Of a DNA stretch of 64,000 nucleotides, positions 10,369 through 19,744 are shown one piece after another; within the stretch, counting starts at the first letter, position 1, and the number at the start of each line of letters is the position of its first letter. Below the pieces are notes generated by a model. That model had not been told where the DNA came from. It saw nothing but the letters and a program-made list of their open reading frames with translations, and made no database searches. A program made the translations under genes and the position numbers. Origin of the DNA: Deltaproteobacteria bacterium (GTDB lineage: Bacteria; Myxococcota_A; UBA9160; SMWR01); NCBI GenBank assembly GCA_024638705.1, contig JAHEJV010000001.1, positions 9 through 64,008 of the forward strand. The letters are read 5' to 3'.

Positions 10369-11372
10369 CACTGCGAGCCAAACTGACCGGAACCGGGATG
10401 TGCGTGCCCGACAACGTCGTCACCAATCACGACCTGGCGAAATTGATGGACACGAGCGACGAGTGGATCCGACAGCGCTCGGGCATCGTCGAGCGTCGTC
10501 ACGTCGTGCCGCCGCAGCGCCCTTCGGAGCTGGCGGAAGTGGCGGCGCAGCGCGCACTCGAATCCGCCGGCATCGACGCAGGCGATCTCGACCTGATCAT
10601 CCTCGCGACGCTCTCCGCCGAAGCCGACTTCCCCGGCACGTCGTTCTTCCTGCAAGACCGACTCGGGCTCAGCGAAACGCCCTGCTTCGACCTGCGTGCC
10701 CAGTGCAGCGGCTTCGTCTACTCGCTGTCGGTGGCGAACGCCTTCGTGAAGAGCGGCCAGTATCGCCGCGTCCTGGTCGTGGGCTGCGAGGTGCATTCGA
10801 CCGGACTCGACTTCTCCGACGACGGTCGCGACGTCACCGTGCTCTTCGGCGACGGCGCCGGCGCCGTCATCGTCGAGGCGAACGACGATCCGGACGATGC
10901 GGGCGAGATCCTCGAAGTGCGCATCCACGCCGAGGGATCGTTCGCGGACAAGCTCTGGGTGGAAGCGCCCGGCTCGGGACTGCACCCGCGCATGACCCAG
11001 GAGATCCTGGACGAAAAGCGTCACTACCCGCGGATGCAGGGACGCTTCGTGTTCAAGCACGCGACGCGTCGCATGCCCGAGGTATTGCTGCAGACGCTTT
11101 CCGCCGCGAGCCTGAAGCTCGAGGACGTCGACCACTTCCTCTTCCATCAGGCGAACCTGCGGATCAACGAGTACGTGGCGACGCAGCTCGAGATCCCGCC
11201 CGAGAAGTGCCCCTCGAACATCGAGCGCTACGGCAACTGCTCGGCCGCGTCGATCCCGATGCTCCTCGACGAGAACGTCCGCGAGGGCCGGATCGAGCCC
11301 GGCGACCTGGTCGCGATGGCGAGCTTCGGGGCCGGGTTCTCGTGGACCAGCGCGGTCCTGCGCTGGAGCTGA
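10365..11372 (+). CDS. fabH: 3-oxoacyl-ACP synthase III
   Basis: ATG at 10365 overlaps the hflX stop (ATGA). Motifs seen: TSDEWIRQRSGI, AQCSGFVY (active-site Cys), FHQANLRI and GNCSAASIP. Confidence 0.93.
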   Translation: MTLRAKLTGTGMCVPDNVVTNHDLAKLMDTSDEWIRQRSGIVERRHVVPPQRPSELAEVAAQRALESAGIDAGDLDLIILATLSAEADFPGTSFFLQDRLGLSETPCFDLRAQCSGFVYSLSVANAFVKSGQYRRVLVVGCEVHSTGLDFSDDGRDVTVLFGDGAGAVIVEANDDPDDAGEILEVRIHAEGSFADKLWVEAPGSGLHPRMTQEILDEKRHYPRMQGRFVFKHATRRMPEVLLQTLSAASLKLEDVDHFLFHQANLRINEYVATQLEIPPEKCPSNIERYGNCSAASIPMLLDENVREGRIEPGDLVAMASFGAGFSWTSAVLRWS

Positions 11373-11474
11373 TCGACGCACCGCGTTGAAGCCCTGCGGC
11401 ATGGCCGCGGGTGGGCAGATTTTCCCTCAACTGGCTGTTTTCAAAGAAAACTCCCAGGCCTTCGCCCGGCGAAC

Positions 11475-11502
11475 TTGACGCATTGACGCGCCGTGTTATA
11501 CT
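11475..11502 (+). promoter_or_regulatory. Sigma-70-type promoter candidate for the phasin-like gene
   Basis: TTGACG (11475-11480), a 16-nt spacer, then TATACT (11497-11502), in the fabH-phasin intergenic region. Confidence 0.5.
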
Positions 11503-11635
11503 GCGCTGCGTCGTGACGGAAAGCCGCCTCCGGCGATCGCCGGGCTCCGCGGACCCCTCCGACGAAAGCCCCTCATCCTCCGCCTGGACGGTCACCCCGC
11601 CGGCGAATCGAGAAAGCGAAGAAGGAAAGATCCCC

Positions 11636-12100
11636 ATGCCCGAGACCACCATTCTCCAGGAAAGTGCCGACCGATTCCGCGAGGCCTTCGGCTCGATCGA
11701 AGACGAATTCGAGAAGGTCCAGAAGGACCTGCGCAAGCGCGGCAAGACGTTCGAGAAGCGGCTCGACACCCAGCGCAAGGACCTCGAGAAGCGCGCCAAG
11801 AAGCTGCGCACCCAGATCGAGAAGAGCGCTCCGGTGAAGCGGCTCGAAGCCCAGCGCAAGGACCTCGAGAAGCGCACCAAGAAGCTGCGCACCCGGATCG
11901 AGAAGAACCCGACCGTGAAGCGCATGGAGAAGGCCCGCAAGGACGCCTCCAAGCAGATCGAGAAGAACCTGAACGAGGTGCTGGGCGCGCTCCAGATCGC
12001 CTCGAAGAACGACGTGCAGCGCATCGACCGGAAGATCTCCCAGATCAATCGCAAGATCTCGGAGATGTCGAGCAAGAAGCGCGCGAACGGCAAGGCCTAG
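11636..12100 (+). CDS. Phasin-like / PHA granule-associated coiled-coil protein
   Basis: ATG at 11636 follows GAAGGAAAG. The protein is highly charged and helical. Its C-terminal segment LGALQIASKNDVQRIDRKISQINRKI resembles the conserved end of PHA granule-associated proteins. Confidence 0.55.
   Translation: MPETTILQESADRFREAFGSIEDEFEKVQKDLRKRGKTFEKRLDTQRKDLEKRAKKLRTQIEKSAPVKRLEAQRKDLEKRTKKLRTRIEKNPTVKRMEKARKDASKQIEKNLNEVLGALQIASKNDVQRIDRKISQINRKISEMSSKKRANGKA
11759..11920 (+). repeat. In-frame tandem duplication, 2 x 81 bp (27 aa), inside the phasin-like gene
   Basis: Unit 1 (11759-11839) encodes RLDTQRKDLEKRAKKLRTQIEKSAPVK. Unit 2 (11840-11920) encodes RLEAQRKDLEKRTKKLRTRIEKNPTVK. The two units are near-identical at the nucleotide level. 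Confidence 0.9.
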
Positions 12101-12180
12101 CCGACCGGCCTGTCCGTCGCTGCGCCGGCAGCTCCACCCTGCGCGGCCCTGCGCGCAGTCCCACCACCCGGTCGATCCAA

Positions 12181-12209
12181 AGCCCGGAGGCGTCCCACGC
12201 CTCCGGGCT
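12181..12209 (+). terminator. Hairpin downstream of the phasin-like gene (weak U-tract)
   Basis: AGCCCGGAGGCG-tccca-CGCCTCCGGGCT forms a 12-bp perfect stem. It is followed only by a weak T-containing tail. Confidence 0.4.
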
Positions 12210-12268
12210 ACCGTCCTTCAGGGCCCGGAGATGATTTCCAAGTGCGCGAAAGACCCTAGAATCGCGCC

Positions 12269-13435
12269 ATGCCCGAATTCCAAGGTCTCGACTTCCTCCG
12301 GCTCGATTCGATCCTCTCCGACGAAGAACGCCTCGCACGCGACACCGTCCGCGATTGGGTCAGCAACGAATTCCTCCCCGTCATCCAGGAGCACGTCCGC
12401 CGGGACGGCTCCTTCCCGATGGATCTGGTGCCCGCGATCGCCGAGCTCGGCCTCTTCGGCGCGAACCTCTCCGGGTACGGCTGCGCGGGCATGAACAACA
12501 TCGCCTACGGGCTCGTGATGCAGGAGCTCGAACGCGGCGACTCGGGCCTGCGCTCGTTCGCGTCGGTGCAGGGCTCGCTGGTGATGTACCCGATCCACTC
12601 CTACGGGTCGGACGAGCAGAAGGAGCGCTGGCTCCCCGAGCTGGCCGCCGGTCGCGCGATCGGCTGCTTCGGCCTCACCGAGCCCGACGCCGGCAGCCAC
12701 GTCGGCGCGATGCGCACGACGGCGGTGCGCCGCGGCTCGGGCTGGGTGCTCAACGGCACGAAGCGCTGGATCACCAACGGCACGCTCTCCGACGTCGCGG
12801 TCGTGTGGGCGAAGGACGGCGACACCGTGCGCGGCTTCCTCGTCGAGAAGGATCGCCAGGGCTTCGAGTCGCGCGACATCAAGGGGAAGTTCTCGCTGCG
12901 CGGCTCGGTGACGTCGGAGCTCTTCCTCACCGACGTCGAGGTGCCCGAAGAGAACCGCCTGCCGAAGGTCGAAGGCCTGCGCGGCCCGCTCTCGTGTCTC
13001 ACCCAGGCGCGCTACGGCATCGCCTGGGGCGCGATCGGTGCGGCGATGGCGTGTTACGAGGAAGCCCTCCATTACAGCCAGGAGCGCGACGTGCAGGGCG
13101 GCAAGCTCGCGGCGAAGCAGATCACGCAGGAGAAGCTCGTGTTCATGCTCACCGAGATCACGAAGAGCCAGCTGCTCGCCTATCGCGTCGCACAGATCAA
13201 GGACCAGGGCGAGCTCGATCACACGATGGTCTCGCTGATCAAGCGCAACAACGTCGACACCGCGCTCCAGATCGCGCGCATCGCCCGCGACCTGCTCGGC
13301 GCCAACGGCATCGTCGACGACTACCAGGCCATGCGTCACATGGTGAATCTCGAAACGGTGCGCACCTACGAAGGCACCCACGACGTGCACACGCTGATCC
13401 TCGGCGAGGCGATCACCGGACACCGGGCGCTCTAG
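12269..13435 (+). CDS. gcdH: Glutaryl-CoA dehydrogenase-like acyl-CoA dehydrogenase
   Basis: 388 aa. Motifs seen: CFGLTEPDAGS, KRWITNG and RTYEGTHDVHTLILG, the last typical of the GCDH C-terminus. TAGAAT lies 6 nt before the ATG, so the mRNA may be leaderless. Confidence 0.88.
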   Translation: MPEFQGLDFLRLDSILSDEERLARDTVRDWVSNEFLPVIQEHVRRDGSFPMDLVPAIAELGLFGANLSGYGCAGMNNIAYGLVMQELERGDSGLRSFASVQGSLVMYPIHSYGSDEQKERWLPELAAGRAIGCFGLTEPDAGSHVGAMRTTAVRRGSGWVLNGTKRWITNGTLSDVAVVWAKDGDTVRGFLVEKDRQGFESRDIKGKFSLRGSVTSELFLTDVEVPEENRLPKVEGLRGPLSCLTQARYGIAWGAIGAAMACYEEALHYSQERDVQGGKLAAKQITQEKLVFMLTEITKSQLLAYRVAQIKDQGELDHTMVSLIKRNNVDTALQIARIARDLLGANGIVDDYQAMRHMVNLETVRTYEGTHDVHTLILGEAITGHRAL

Positions 13436-13437
13436 AG

Positions 13438-13977
13438 GTGACGCGAACGGGGGTCGGGGGGCCGCTGTTCAAAGCGCTGGTCGGAGCCGCCCTGCTCGTC
13501 GTCCCGTTCGGACTGCGCCTCCTGAGCCCGCATCTCGAGCCCTACCCGGCGGTGTTGTTGCCGTCGGGCGCGGGCGTGATCCCGGTGGACGGCGACGTCG
13601 TCTCCTTCGAGCGGCTCGCACTCGTCGGCGTCGATGCCGCGAGTGGCGAGGAGAAGGAGCTCGCTCCGGACGCCTTCCTCGCGCCCGCCCCGCTCCAATA
13701 TCTGCGCGCGATCACCGGAAACCACTTCGGCCTCGAAACGGAGCGCGAGCGGGAAGTGGCCTTGCGCGGCCTTCCGTTCGCGATCGTGTTCGAGCGGCCG
13801 GAGATCACCGACGCGGAGCGCGACGAGGCGCGCGCCTGGCTGCGTGCGAGGCTGCGCGATGCGGGCTGCGACGACGCCCTGCTGCGCGTGCGTCGCTACC
13901 GGACGCACTACGACGTCGCCGTCCGGGAAGCGAAGAACGAGGAGCTCGTCGTTGAGCAGCGCTATCGCCTCCGCTGA
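13438..13977 (+). CDS. Hypothetical membrane-anchored protein (possible SdpA-like partner of the HTTM protein)
   Basis: GTG start 3 nt after the gcdH stop. N-terminal hydrophobic helix LFKALVGAALLVVPFGL. About 179 aa with GC-rich third codon positions. Its 3' end overlaps the next gene. Confidence 0.5.
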   Translation: MTRTGVGGPLFKALVGAALLVVPFGLRLLSPHLEPYPAVLLPSGAGVIPVDGDVVSFERLALVGVDAASGEEKELAPDAFLAPAPLQYLRAITGNHFGLETEREREVALRGLPFAIVFERPEITDAERDEARAWLRARLRDAGCDDALLRVRRYRTHYDVAVREAKNEELVVEQRYRLR

Positions 13978-15061
13978 CGAGATCGTGTCGCGGGGGTGGC
14001 GCCGGATCGTCGACCACACGGCGCGCTCCGCGATCGATCTCGCGGCCTTCCGCGTGTTCTTCGGCGTCTATCTGCTCGTCGCGATCACCCCGCGCTTCGG
14101 CTGGATCGCGGCGATGCCCGACGCCTTCTTCGCGCCGCCCTTCCTGAGCCACGCGAACGCGTTCAGCGGATTTCCTCCCGACGCGCTGCTGGTCGCGGCC
14201 GATGTCGCGATCCCGATCCTCGCCGCCGGCGTCGCGCTCGGCGTGCGCGCGCGGTGGTGCGGCTACGCGCTCGTCGCCCTGTGTCTGTTCCTCTTCGGCT
14301 TCCGCTTCAGCTTCGGAAAGATCGACCACAACATCCTGGTGTGGGTGGCGCTGGCACTCTTCTCGGCGTCGAACTGGGGCACGCGTCTGGCCCTCGTTCC
14401 CGACCCGGAGGCGCCGCGCGAACGCCACGACGCCGCGCTCGCCACCCTCGCCGTCTGCCTCTGCGCCGGGATGTTCACCGCGGGCTTCGGAAAAGGGATC
14501 ACGTGGGTCGACTTCGACCTCGGCACGAGCGGTTTCCTGTCGTGGTTCTACGCGTCCTACTTCTCGATGGGCCGCCAGGCGCTGCTCGCCGACATGCTCT
14601 TCTCCGTGCCGCCGGCGCTCTTCGAAGCCGCCGACTACACCGCCGTGTTGTTCGAGCTGTCGCCCTTCGCCTTCCTGCTGGCGGGCGCCGTCGCCTGGCG
14701 CGCGTGGGTGGTCGCGGCCTGCCTCTTCCACCTCGCCAACACCCTGACCCTGAACATCCCGTTCCACGCGCACGTGGTCGTGTACGGCGCCTTCGTGCTG
14801 CTGCCCGCGCCTCGGGACGCGTCCGCGACGGATGCGGAGCCCTCGTCCTCGCTTCCGCTCGCACTCGCGATCGCCGTCGCCCTCCTCGCGATCGCGCGCG
14901 TGGTGCAGAGCCTCACCGCGGACGCGAGCGCCGCGCCCCTGATCCCACCCGACGCGCGCCTCGCCTTCGCGCTCGTGGTCTGGGGCGGACTCGCCGCGGT
15001 CGGCGCCTTTCGGATCGCCGAAGCCCTCCGCCGCAACGGAGCCGGCGTCCCGCGCGACTAA
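13952..15061 (+). CDS. HTTM domain (vitamin-K-dependent gamma-carboxylase-like / SdpB-like) polytopic membrane protein
   Basis: N-terminal signature SAIDLAAFRVFFGVYLLV followed by multiple TM helices. The start is uncertain (TTG 13952 or GTG 13985). Confidence 0.7.
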   Translation: MSSAIASADEIVSRGWRRIVDHTARSAIDLAAFRVFFGVYLLVAITPRFGWIAAMPDAFFAPPFLSHANAFSGFPPDALLVAADVAIPILAAGVALGVRARWCGYALVALCLFLFGFRFSFGKIDHNILVWVALALFSASNWGTRLALVPDPEAPRERHDAALATLAVCLCAGMFTAGFGKGITWVDFDLGTSGFLSWFYASYFSMGRQALLADMLFSVPPALFEAADYTAVLFELSPFAFLLAGAVAWRAWVVAACLFHLANTLTLNIPFHAHVVVYGAFVLLPAPRDASATDAEPSSSLPLALAIAVALLAIARVVQSLTADASAAPLIPPDARLAFALVVWGGLAAVGAFRIAEALRRNGAGVPRD

Positions 15062-15882
15062 CGCCGGCCGCGCACCCGTCGCGTCGCTTCGGCGAGGTCG
15101 CCCTCGCAGTCGGCGAGGAGCTTCTCGGCCTCCTCGCGCCCGACGCCGCCCACTTCCATCAAGATGCGCAGGCTGCGGTCGCGGAGCTTCTCGGAGGCGG
15201 GGAGCATGTGGGTCATCAGGTTCCCCTGCACATGCCCCAGACGCACCATCACGGCGGTGCTCAGCATGTTGCACACCATCTTCTGGGCGAGTCCGCCCTT
15301 CATGCGCGTGCTGCCGGCGATCACTTCCGGGCCGACGACGGGGACGATCGCGATCTCGGCGGCTTCGGCGAGGGGCGAACCGGGATTGCAGGTGATGCCG
15401 ATCGTGCGCGCGTCGGCTTCGTGCGCGGCTTCGAGGCTGCTCAACGTGAACGGCGTCGTGCCGCTCGCCGAGATCGCCACGACCACGTCGCCGGGCGAGA
15501 GACCGCGCTCCTGGAGGGCGAAGATCGCGCGCTCGGGATGGTCCTCGGCGCCTTCGATCGCGCGGACGAGCGCGGCCTCGCCCCCCGCGACGACCGCCTG
15601 CACGCGATTGCGCGGCACCCCGAAGGTGGGCGGAAGCTCCGCCGCGTCGAGCGCGCCGATGCGACCACTCGTGCCCGCGCCGACGTAGAACCAACGACCG
15701 CCGCCGCCGAGCGCGACGACCAGCACCTCGGCCGCCTCGGCGATCTGCGGCATCACCGCGCCCACGGCCTCCCAGGCGTTGCGATCCTCGGCGTGGATCG
15801 CCTGGAGGATGCGCTCGGTGCTCCAGCGATCGAGATCACGCGTCGCTTCGAGGATCGCTTCGGTGGGGGACGAGTCGGCCAT
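15058..15882 (-). CDS. murQ: N-acetylmuramic acid 6-phosphate etherase
   Basis: ATG at 15882. SIS domain motifs GAGTSGRIG, ISASGTTPF and GSTRMKGGLAQKMVCNMLST. Confidence 0.9.
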   Translation of the reverse strand: MADSSPTEAILEATRDLDRWSTERILQAIHAEDRNAWEAVGAVMPQIAEAAEVLVVALGGGGRWFYVGAGTSGRIGALDAAELPPTFGVPRNRVQAVVAGGEAALVRAIEGAEDHPERAIFALQERGLSPGDVVVAISASGTTPFTLSSLEAAHEADARTIGITCNPGSPLAEAAEIAIVPVVGPEVIAGSTRMKGGLAQKMVCNMLSTAVMVRLGHVQGNLMTHMLPASEKLRDRSLRILMEVGGVGREEAEKLLADCEGDLAEATRRVRGRR

Positions 15883-16114
15883 CACTCTGCCTTTCGGTCG
15901 GGCTCGCGCTCGACGCAAGCGTCGCACAGCCCTCCCGCGCTCCGGGCATATGGAGGAGTGCCCCGGCAGGCCGTCGAAGATACCTCTGGTTTCGCTCACG
16001 AGCGCGCAGGCGGGGGTCGCAACGTGCCGGGCGCCGTGCGCTTCCGGAAACCGCACCGGGCGGCCGCGAAAGCGCGCGTGATAGAGTTCCCGCCCGCCGC
16101 TCGCGAGGATCGCC

Positions 16115-16351
16115 ATGCCCGACACCGCCGCACGCTTCCTCGACGCCTGGCATCCGGGCGTCGCGGCGCGAGACGCCGCCGCCCTCGGACCCCTCTTCAC
16201 CGACGACCTCACGCTCGGCGCCCCCTCCGCCCTCGACGGCGACCGCCGCATCGCGAACCTCGACGTGTCGATCCGGCCAGCGGACGCCCTCCAGGCCGCG
16301 ATCGCACGCGTCGCGCCGCGCACGCCGCGAAAACTCGCCGAGAAGCGTTAG
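16115..16351 (+). pseudogene. Possible truncated NTF2/SnoaL-like fragment
   Basis: The 78-aa ORF starts like a SnoaL-type protein (ARFLDAWHPGVAARDAAALGPLFTDDL) but is about half the normal length. No clear RBS. Confidence 0.25.
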
Positions 16352-16359
16352 GCAAGCCC

Positions 16360-18750
16360 GTGCCCTTCCGAGTCTCGCAGAAGACCCTCGAACGCCTCGA
16401 CTGGCCCGAGATCCAGCAACGTCTCGCCGAGCGCGCGCGCAGCCCGCGCGGCGCGGCGATGCTCGCTGAGGGCGGCGTCGACCCCGTGGCGCTCTTCGCG
16501 ACGAGCGCCGACGAGGTGCGCACGCGGATGGCGCTCACCGCCGAGGCGCGCGCGATCCTCGAGACGGGCGACGCGCCGGCGCTCGGCGGCGGCGCCGATC
16601 CGAGCGAAGCACTCGAGCGCGCCCAGCGCGGCGGTGTGCTGACGGGCGAGGAGCTGATCGCCGTCGGCGCGGTGCTCGCCGCCCTGCGCCACACGCGCCG
16701 CTTCCTACGCGCGCGCGAAGAAACGGCACCGGGCCTCGCCGACCTCGCCTCGCTGCTTCCCGAACGCGCCCATCTCGAGGACGAGATCGAGCGCTGCCTC
16801 GACCCGGCCGGCGAAGTGCGCGATGAAGCCTCCCCCGCCCTCGCCGCCGCGCGGCGCGAGGCGCGCGATCTCGCCTCCCGCCTCCAGGAGCGGCTCGCCC
16901 GCATCCTCCGCGACAGCGACACGAAAGCAGCGCTCTCCGACGACTACTTCACCGTGCGCGGCGATCGCTACGTGTTGCCGGTGCGCGCCGACGCCCGCAG
17001 CCAGGTGCCCGGCATCGTGCACGACGCGTCGGGGTCCGGGACCACGCTCTTCATCGAGCCCCAGGCCCTCGTCGAGCTGAACAACCGCCACAAGAACGCC
17101 GAGCTCGAAGCCGAACGCGAATGTGCGCGGGTGCTGCGCGAGCTCTCGGATGATGCGGCAGCCGCCGCTCCGGACATCGAGGCCGGCCTCGACACGCTCG
17201 CGCTCCTCGACCTCGCCTTCGCCCGCGCCGACCTCTCGATCGCCCTCGACGCCAATCCCCCGGAGATCGGCGACGAAGGCGTGCTGCGTCTGCCCCAGCT
17301 GCGACACCCGTGCCTGCCCGCAGGCGTTGCCGTGCCCAACGACGTCCGTCTCGACGACGCACTCCAGGTGCTCGTGATCTCGGGCCCGAACGCGGGCGGC
17401 AAGACGGTGACGATGAAGGCGGTCGCCCTCGCCGTGCTCTTCGTGCGCGCCGGGCTCCAGGTGCCGGCGGCGGCGGGCGCGCGCGTCGATCTCTTCGATG
17501 CAGTGCTCGCCGACATCGGTGACGAGCAGTCGATCGGCCGCAGTCTCTCCACCTTCTCCGCGCACATGGCGAATCTCGCCGAGATCGTCGGCGCGGCGAC
17601 GGCGCGATCGCTCGTCGTGCTCGACGAGCTCGGCGTCGGCACCGACCCGGGTGAAGGCGCCGCCCTCGCCCAGGCGATCCTCGAGACCCTCGCCGACACG
17701 GGTGCGCGCGTGATCGCGACCACCCACTACGGGCTGCTCAAGGAGATGGCCGACGTCGATCCGCGCTTCGCGAACGCGAGCGTCGACCACGACCCGGACA
17801 CGCTCGCCCCCACCTATCGCCTGCGCGTCGGCTTCCCCGGCAGCTCGTCGGCGACGGCGGTCGCGGCGCGGATGGGCGTTCCCGGCCATGTCCTCGACCG
17901 CGCCCACTCCTTTCTCGAGCGCGAAGACCGGGTCCTCGATCGCATGCTGCACGAGTTGCAGACGAGCCGGGCCGCGCTCGAAGCCGAGAAGAACGAAGCC
18001 GCGCGGTTGCGCGAGGAGAGCGAGGCCGCGCGCGGCGATTACCGCCGCAAGCTCGAGAAGCTCCAGGAGCGTCGCGACCAGCTCTACCGCACGATGCGCG
18101 ACGATCTCGATTCCCAGTTCCAGAACGCGCACGCCCAGGTGGCGGCGGTGATCCGCGAGCTGCAACGCGGCGGCGCGTCGGCGCAGGACGCCGCGCGCGC
18201 GCGCGAGCGCCTGCTGAACCTCGAAGAGCGCCAGCGCGAGGTGGAGGAGGAGACCGGCCTCACGCCCGACCCGGAGGAATCGCCCTTCGAGCCGGTCGAC
18301 TGGCCGCGCGCGAAGCCCGGCGATCTCGTGATGATCGTCGGCGGCGGGACGGGCGCGATCGAGAGCCTCCCCGACTCGCGGGGACGCGTCGCGCTGCGCG
18401 TCGGGTCGGCGCGGATGGTCGTGCCCGCCGACCGCGTCGGCCGCGCCGAAACGGGTGCGGCGAAGAAGCCGCCGACGCCGCGACCGCGCCCGACGCTTCC
18501 CGAGGGCGGCACCGAGCGCTGCGACCTGCGCGGGCAGCGCGTCGACGAAGCGCTCGACGCCCTCGCAGAAGCCCTCGACCGCGCGCTCAACGCGGGCCGC
18601 GATCGCCTCGTCGTCGTGCACGGCGTCGGAACCGGCGCGCTGCGCCGCGCCGTCCGCGAGGCGCTCTCGGCGTCGCGCTACGTGGCGAAGCTCGAGTCCG
18701 CCTCGCGCGACGAGGGCGGCGACGGCACGTCGGTGGCGCTGCTCGGCTGA
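16360..18750 (+). CDS. mutS2: Endonuclease MutS2 (MutS domain plus C-terminal Smr)
   Basis: GTG at 16360. Motifs seen: ISGPNAGGKTVTMK (Walker A), STFSAHM and VLDELGVGTDP. C-terminal Smr domain: CDLRGQRVDEALDALAEALDRA...VVHGVGTGALR. Confidence 0.92.
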   Translation: MPFRVSQKTLERLDWPEIQQRLAERARSPRGAAMLAEGGVDPVALFATSADEVRTRMALTAEARAILETGDAPALGGGADPSEALERAQRGGVLTGEELIAVGAVLAALRHTRRFLRAREETAPGLADLASLLPERAHLEDEIERCLDPAGEVRDEASPALAAARREARDLASRLQERLARILRDSDTKAALSDDYFTVRGDRYVLPVRADARSQVPGIVHDASGSGTTLFIEPQALVELNNRHKNAELEAERECARVLRELSDDAAAAAPDIEAGLDTLALLDLAFARADLSIALDANPPEIGDEGVLRLPQLRHPCLPAGVAVPNDVRLDDALQVLVISGPNAGGKTVTMKAVALAVLFVRAGLQVPAAAGARVDLFDAVLADIGDEQSIGRSLSTFSAHMANLAEIVGAATARSLVVLDELGVGTDPGEGAALAQAILETLADTGARVIATTHYGLLKEMADVDPRFANASVDHDPDTLAPTYRLRVGFPGSSSATAVAARMGVPGHVLDRAHSFLEREDRVLDRMLHELQTSRAALEAEKNEAARLREESEAARGDYRRKLEKLQERRDQLYRTMRDDLDSQFQNAHAQVAAVIRELQRGGASAQDAARARERLLNLEERQREVEEETGLTPDPEESPFEPVDWPRAKPGDLVMIVGGGTGAIESLPDSRGRVALRVGSARMVVPADRVGRAETGAAKKPPTPRPRPTLPEGGTERCDLRGQRVDEALDALAEALDRALNAGRDRLVVVHGVGTGALRRAVREALSASRYVAKLESASRDEGGDGTSVALLG

Positions 18751-18819
18751 TTCCACCTGAACTCGCGGCGACGACGTTCTAGGATGGACCGCGCCCGTCG
18801 CCACGAAAGGAATCGCCCG

Positions 18820-19248
18820 ATGTCCGTCCCGACCTTCGCAGAGCTCAAGCAGTGGGCCGACAACTACGTCGCGCTCTGGAATGCGGGCGACCGCGAGGGC
18901 TGGGAGCGCAACTGGCGCAAGGTCGGCCCCGGCGAGTTCCGCATGCTCGATCCTGTGGGCACGCCCGAGAAGAAGGGCTTCGAGCACTGCTGCCGCGACT
19001 CCTGGGATCTCTTCCAGGAGCGCGTGAAGTTCCGGATCCTGCCGGGCACGCTCTTCATCTGCGGCAACGAAGTCGCCTGGACGCTCGAGAACACGATCAC
19101 CGCCGATGGCAAGACGTCGACGGCCTACTCGATCGAGACCTATCGCTTCGAAGAAGACGGCTCGGTGGCGATCCGCACCTACTACCAGGTGCCCGAGCGC
19201 ACGAAGGACGAACTCGGGCAGATGTTCCAGACCTACCTTCCCGAGTAG
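18820..19248 (+). CDS. SnoaL-like / NTF2-fold protein
   Basis: About 142 aa. ADNYVALWNAGDREGWERNW is a typical SnoaL-type N-terminus. Confidence 0.65.
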   Translation: MSVPTFAELKQWADNYVALWNAGDREGWERNWRKVGPGEFRMLDPVGTPEKKGFEHCCRDSWDLFQERVKFRILPGTLFICGNEVAWTLENTITADGKTSTAYSIETYRFEEDGSVAIRTYYQVPERTKDELGQMFQTYLPE

Positions 19249-19264
19249 CGAGGCCGCTCACGCC

Positions 19265-19744
19265 ATGTGGCTGCGCCTCGTCGTCAGCGCTTCCCTCGCC
19301 ATCGTGCTCGTCGTCGTCGCGATCAACTTCGGCATGCGCACGCTGCGCGGGGTCGGTCCGATCGACGGCGTGGAGATGTCGGAGCCGGAGCCGGCGCCCG
19401 AACCCGTCGGCATCCCGCTGCGCCAGACCCACGACCTCGCGCTCGCCCGCTTCACCCAGCGCGACGTCGACGCGCTGCGGGAGTACCTCACCACGAGCCC
19501 GCGCGACCGTCTCGCGGCGGCGCTGGCCGAAGAGGACACCCGCTTCCTGGGCGTGCGCGGACTGTCGACGGACGTCCCCAGCGTCGACGACGCGTCGCGC
19601 GCCGTGCGGGAAGGGCGCGTCCAGACGATCCCCGGCACGACGGACGCCGCGATCAACGAAGAGCACGCCGAGCTGATCGCGCGCGCACGGCGTTATGCGG
19701 CCGCCTACAACGCGCTGCTGCTCTCCCGCTCGGGAGCGCGCTAG
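19265..19744 (+). CDS. Hypothetical protein with N-terminal TM anchor
   Basis: Begins MWLRLVVSASLAIVLVVVAINFG. GC-rich third codon positions. No recognisable domain. Confidence 0.45.
   Translation: MWLRLVVSASLAIVLVVVAINFGMRTLRGVGPIDGVEMSEPEPAPEPVGIPLRQTHDLALARFTQRDVDALREYLTTSPRDRLAAALAEEDTRFLGVRGLSTDVPSVDDASRAVREGRVQTIPGTTDAAINEEHAELIARARRYAAAYNALLLSRSGAR

Noticed and set aside
16115-16351. The 78-aa NTF2-like ORF as a functional gene paired with mutS2.
   Set aside because: It is about half the length of an NTF2/SnoaL fold and has no RBS. I kept it only as a low-confidence fragment or pseudogene.
13996-18750. A 1584-aa ORF that would make a giant MutS2 fusion.
   Set aside because: Only the part from GTG 16360 onward is MutS2-like. 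The upstream part is Arg-rich nonsense that overlaps the HTTM gene and runs antisense to murQ.
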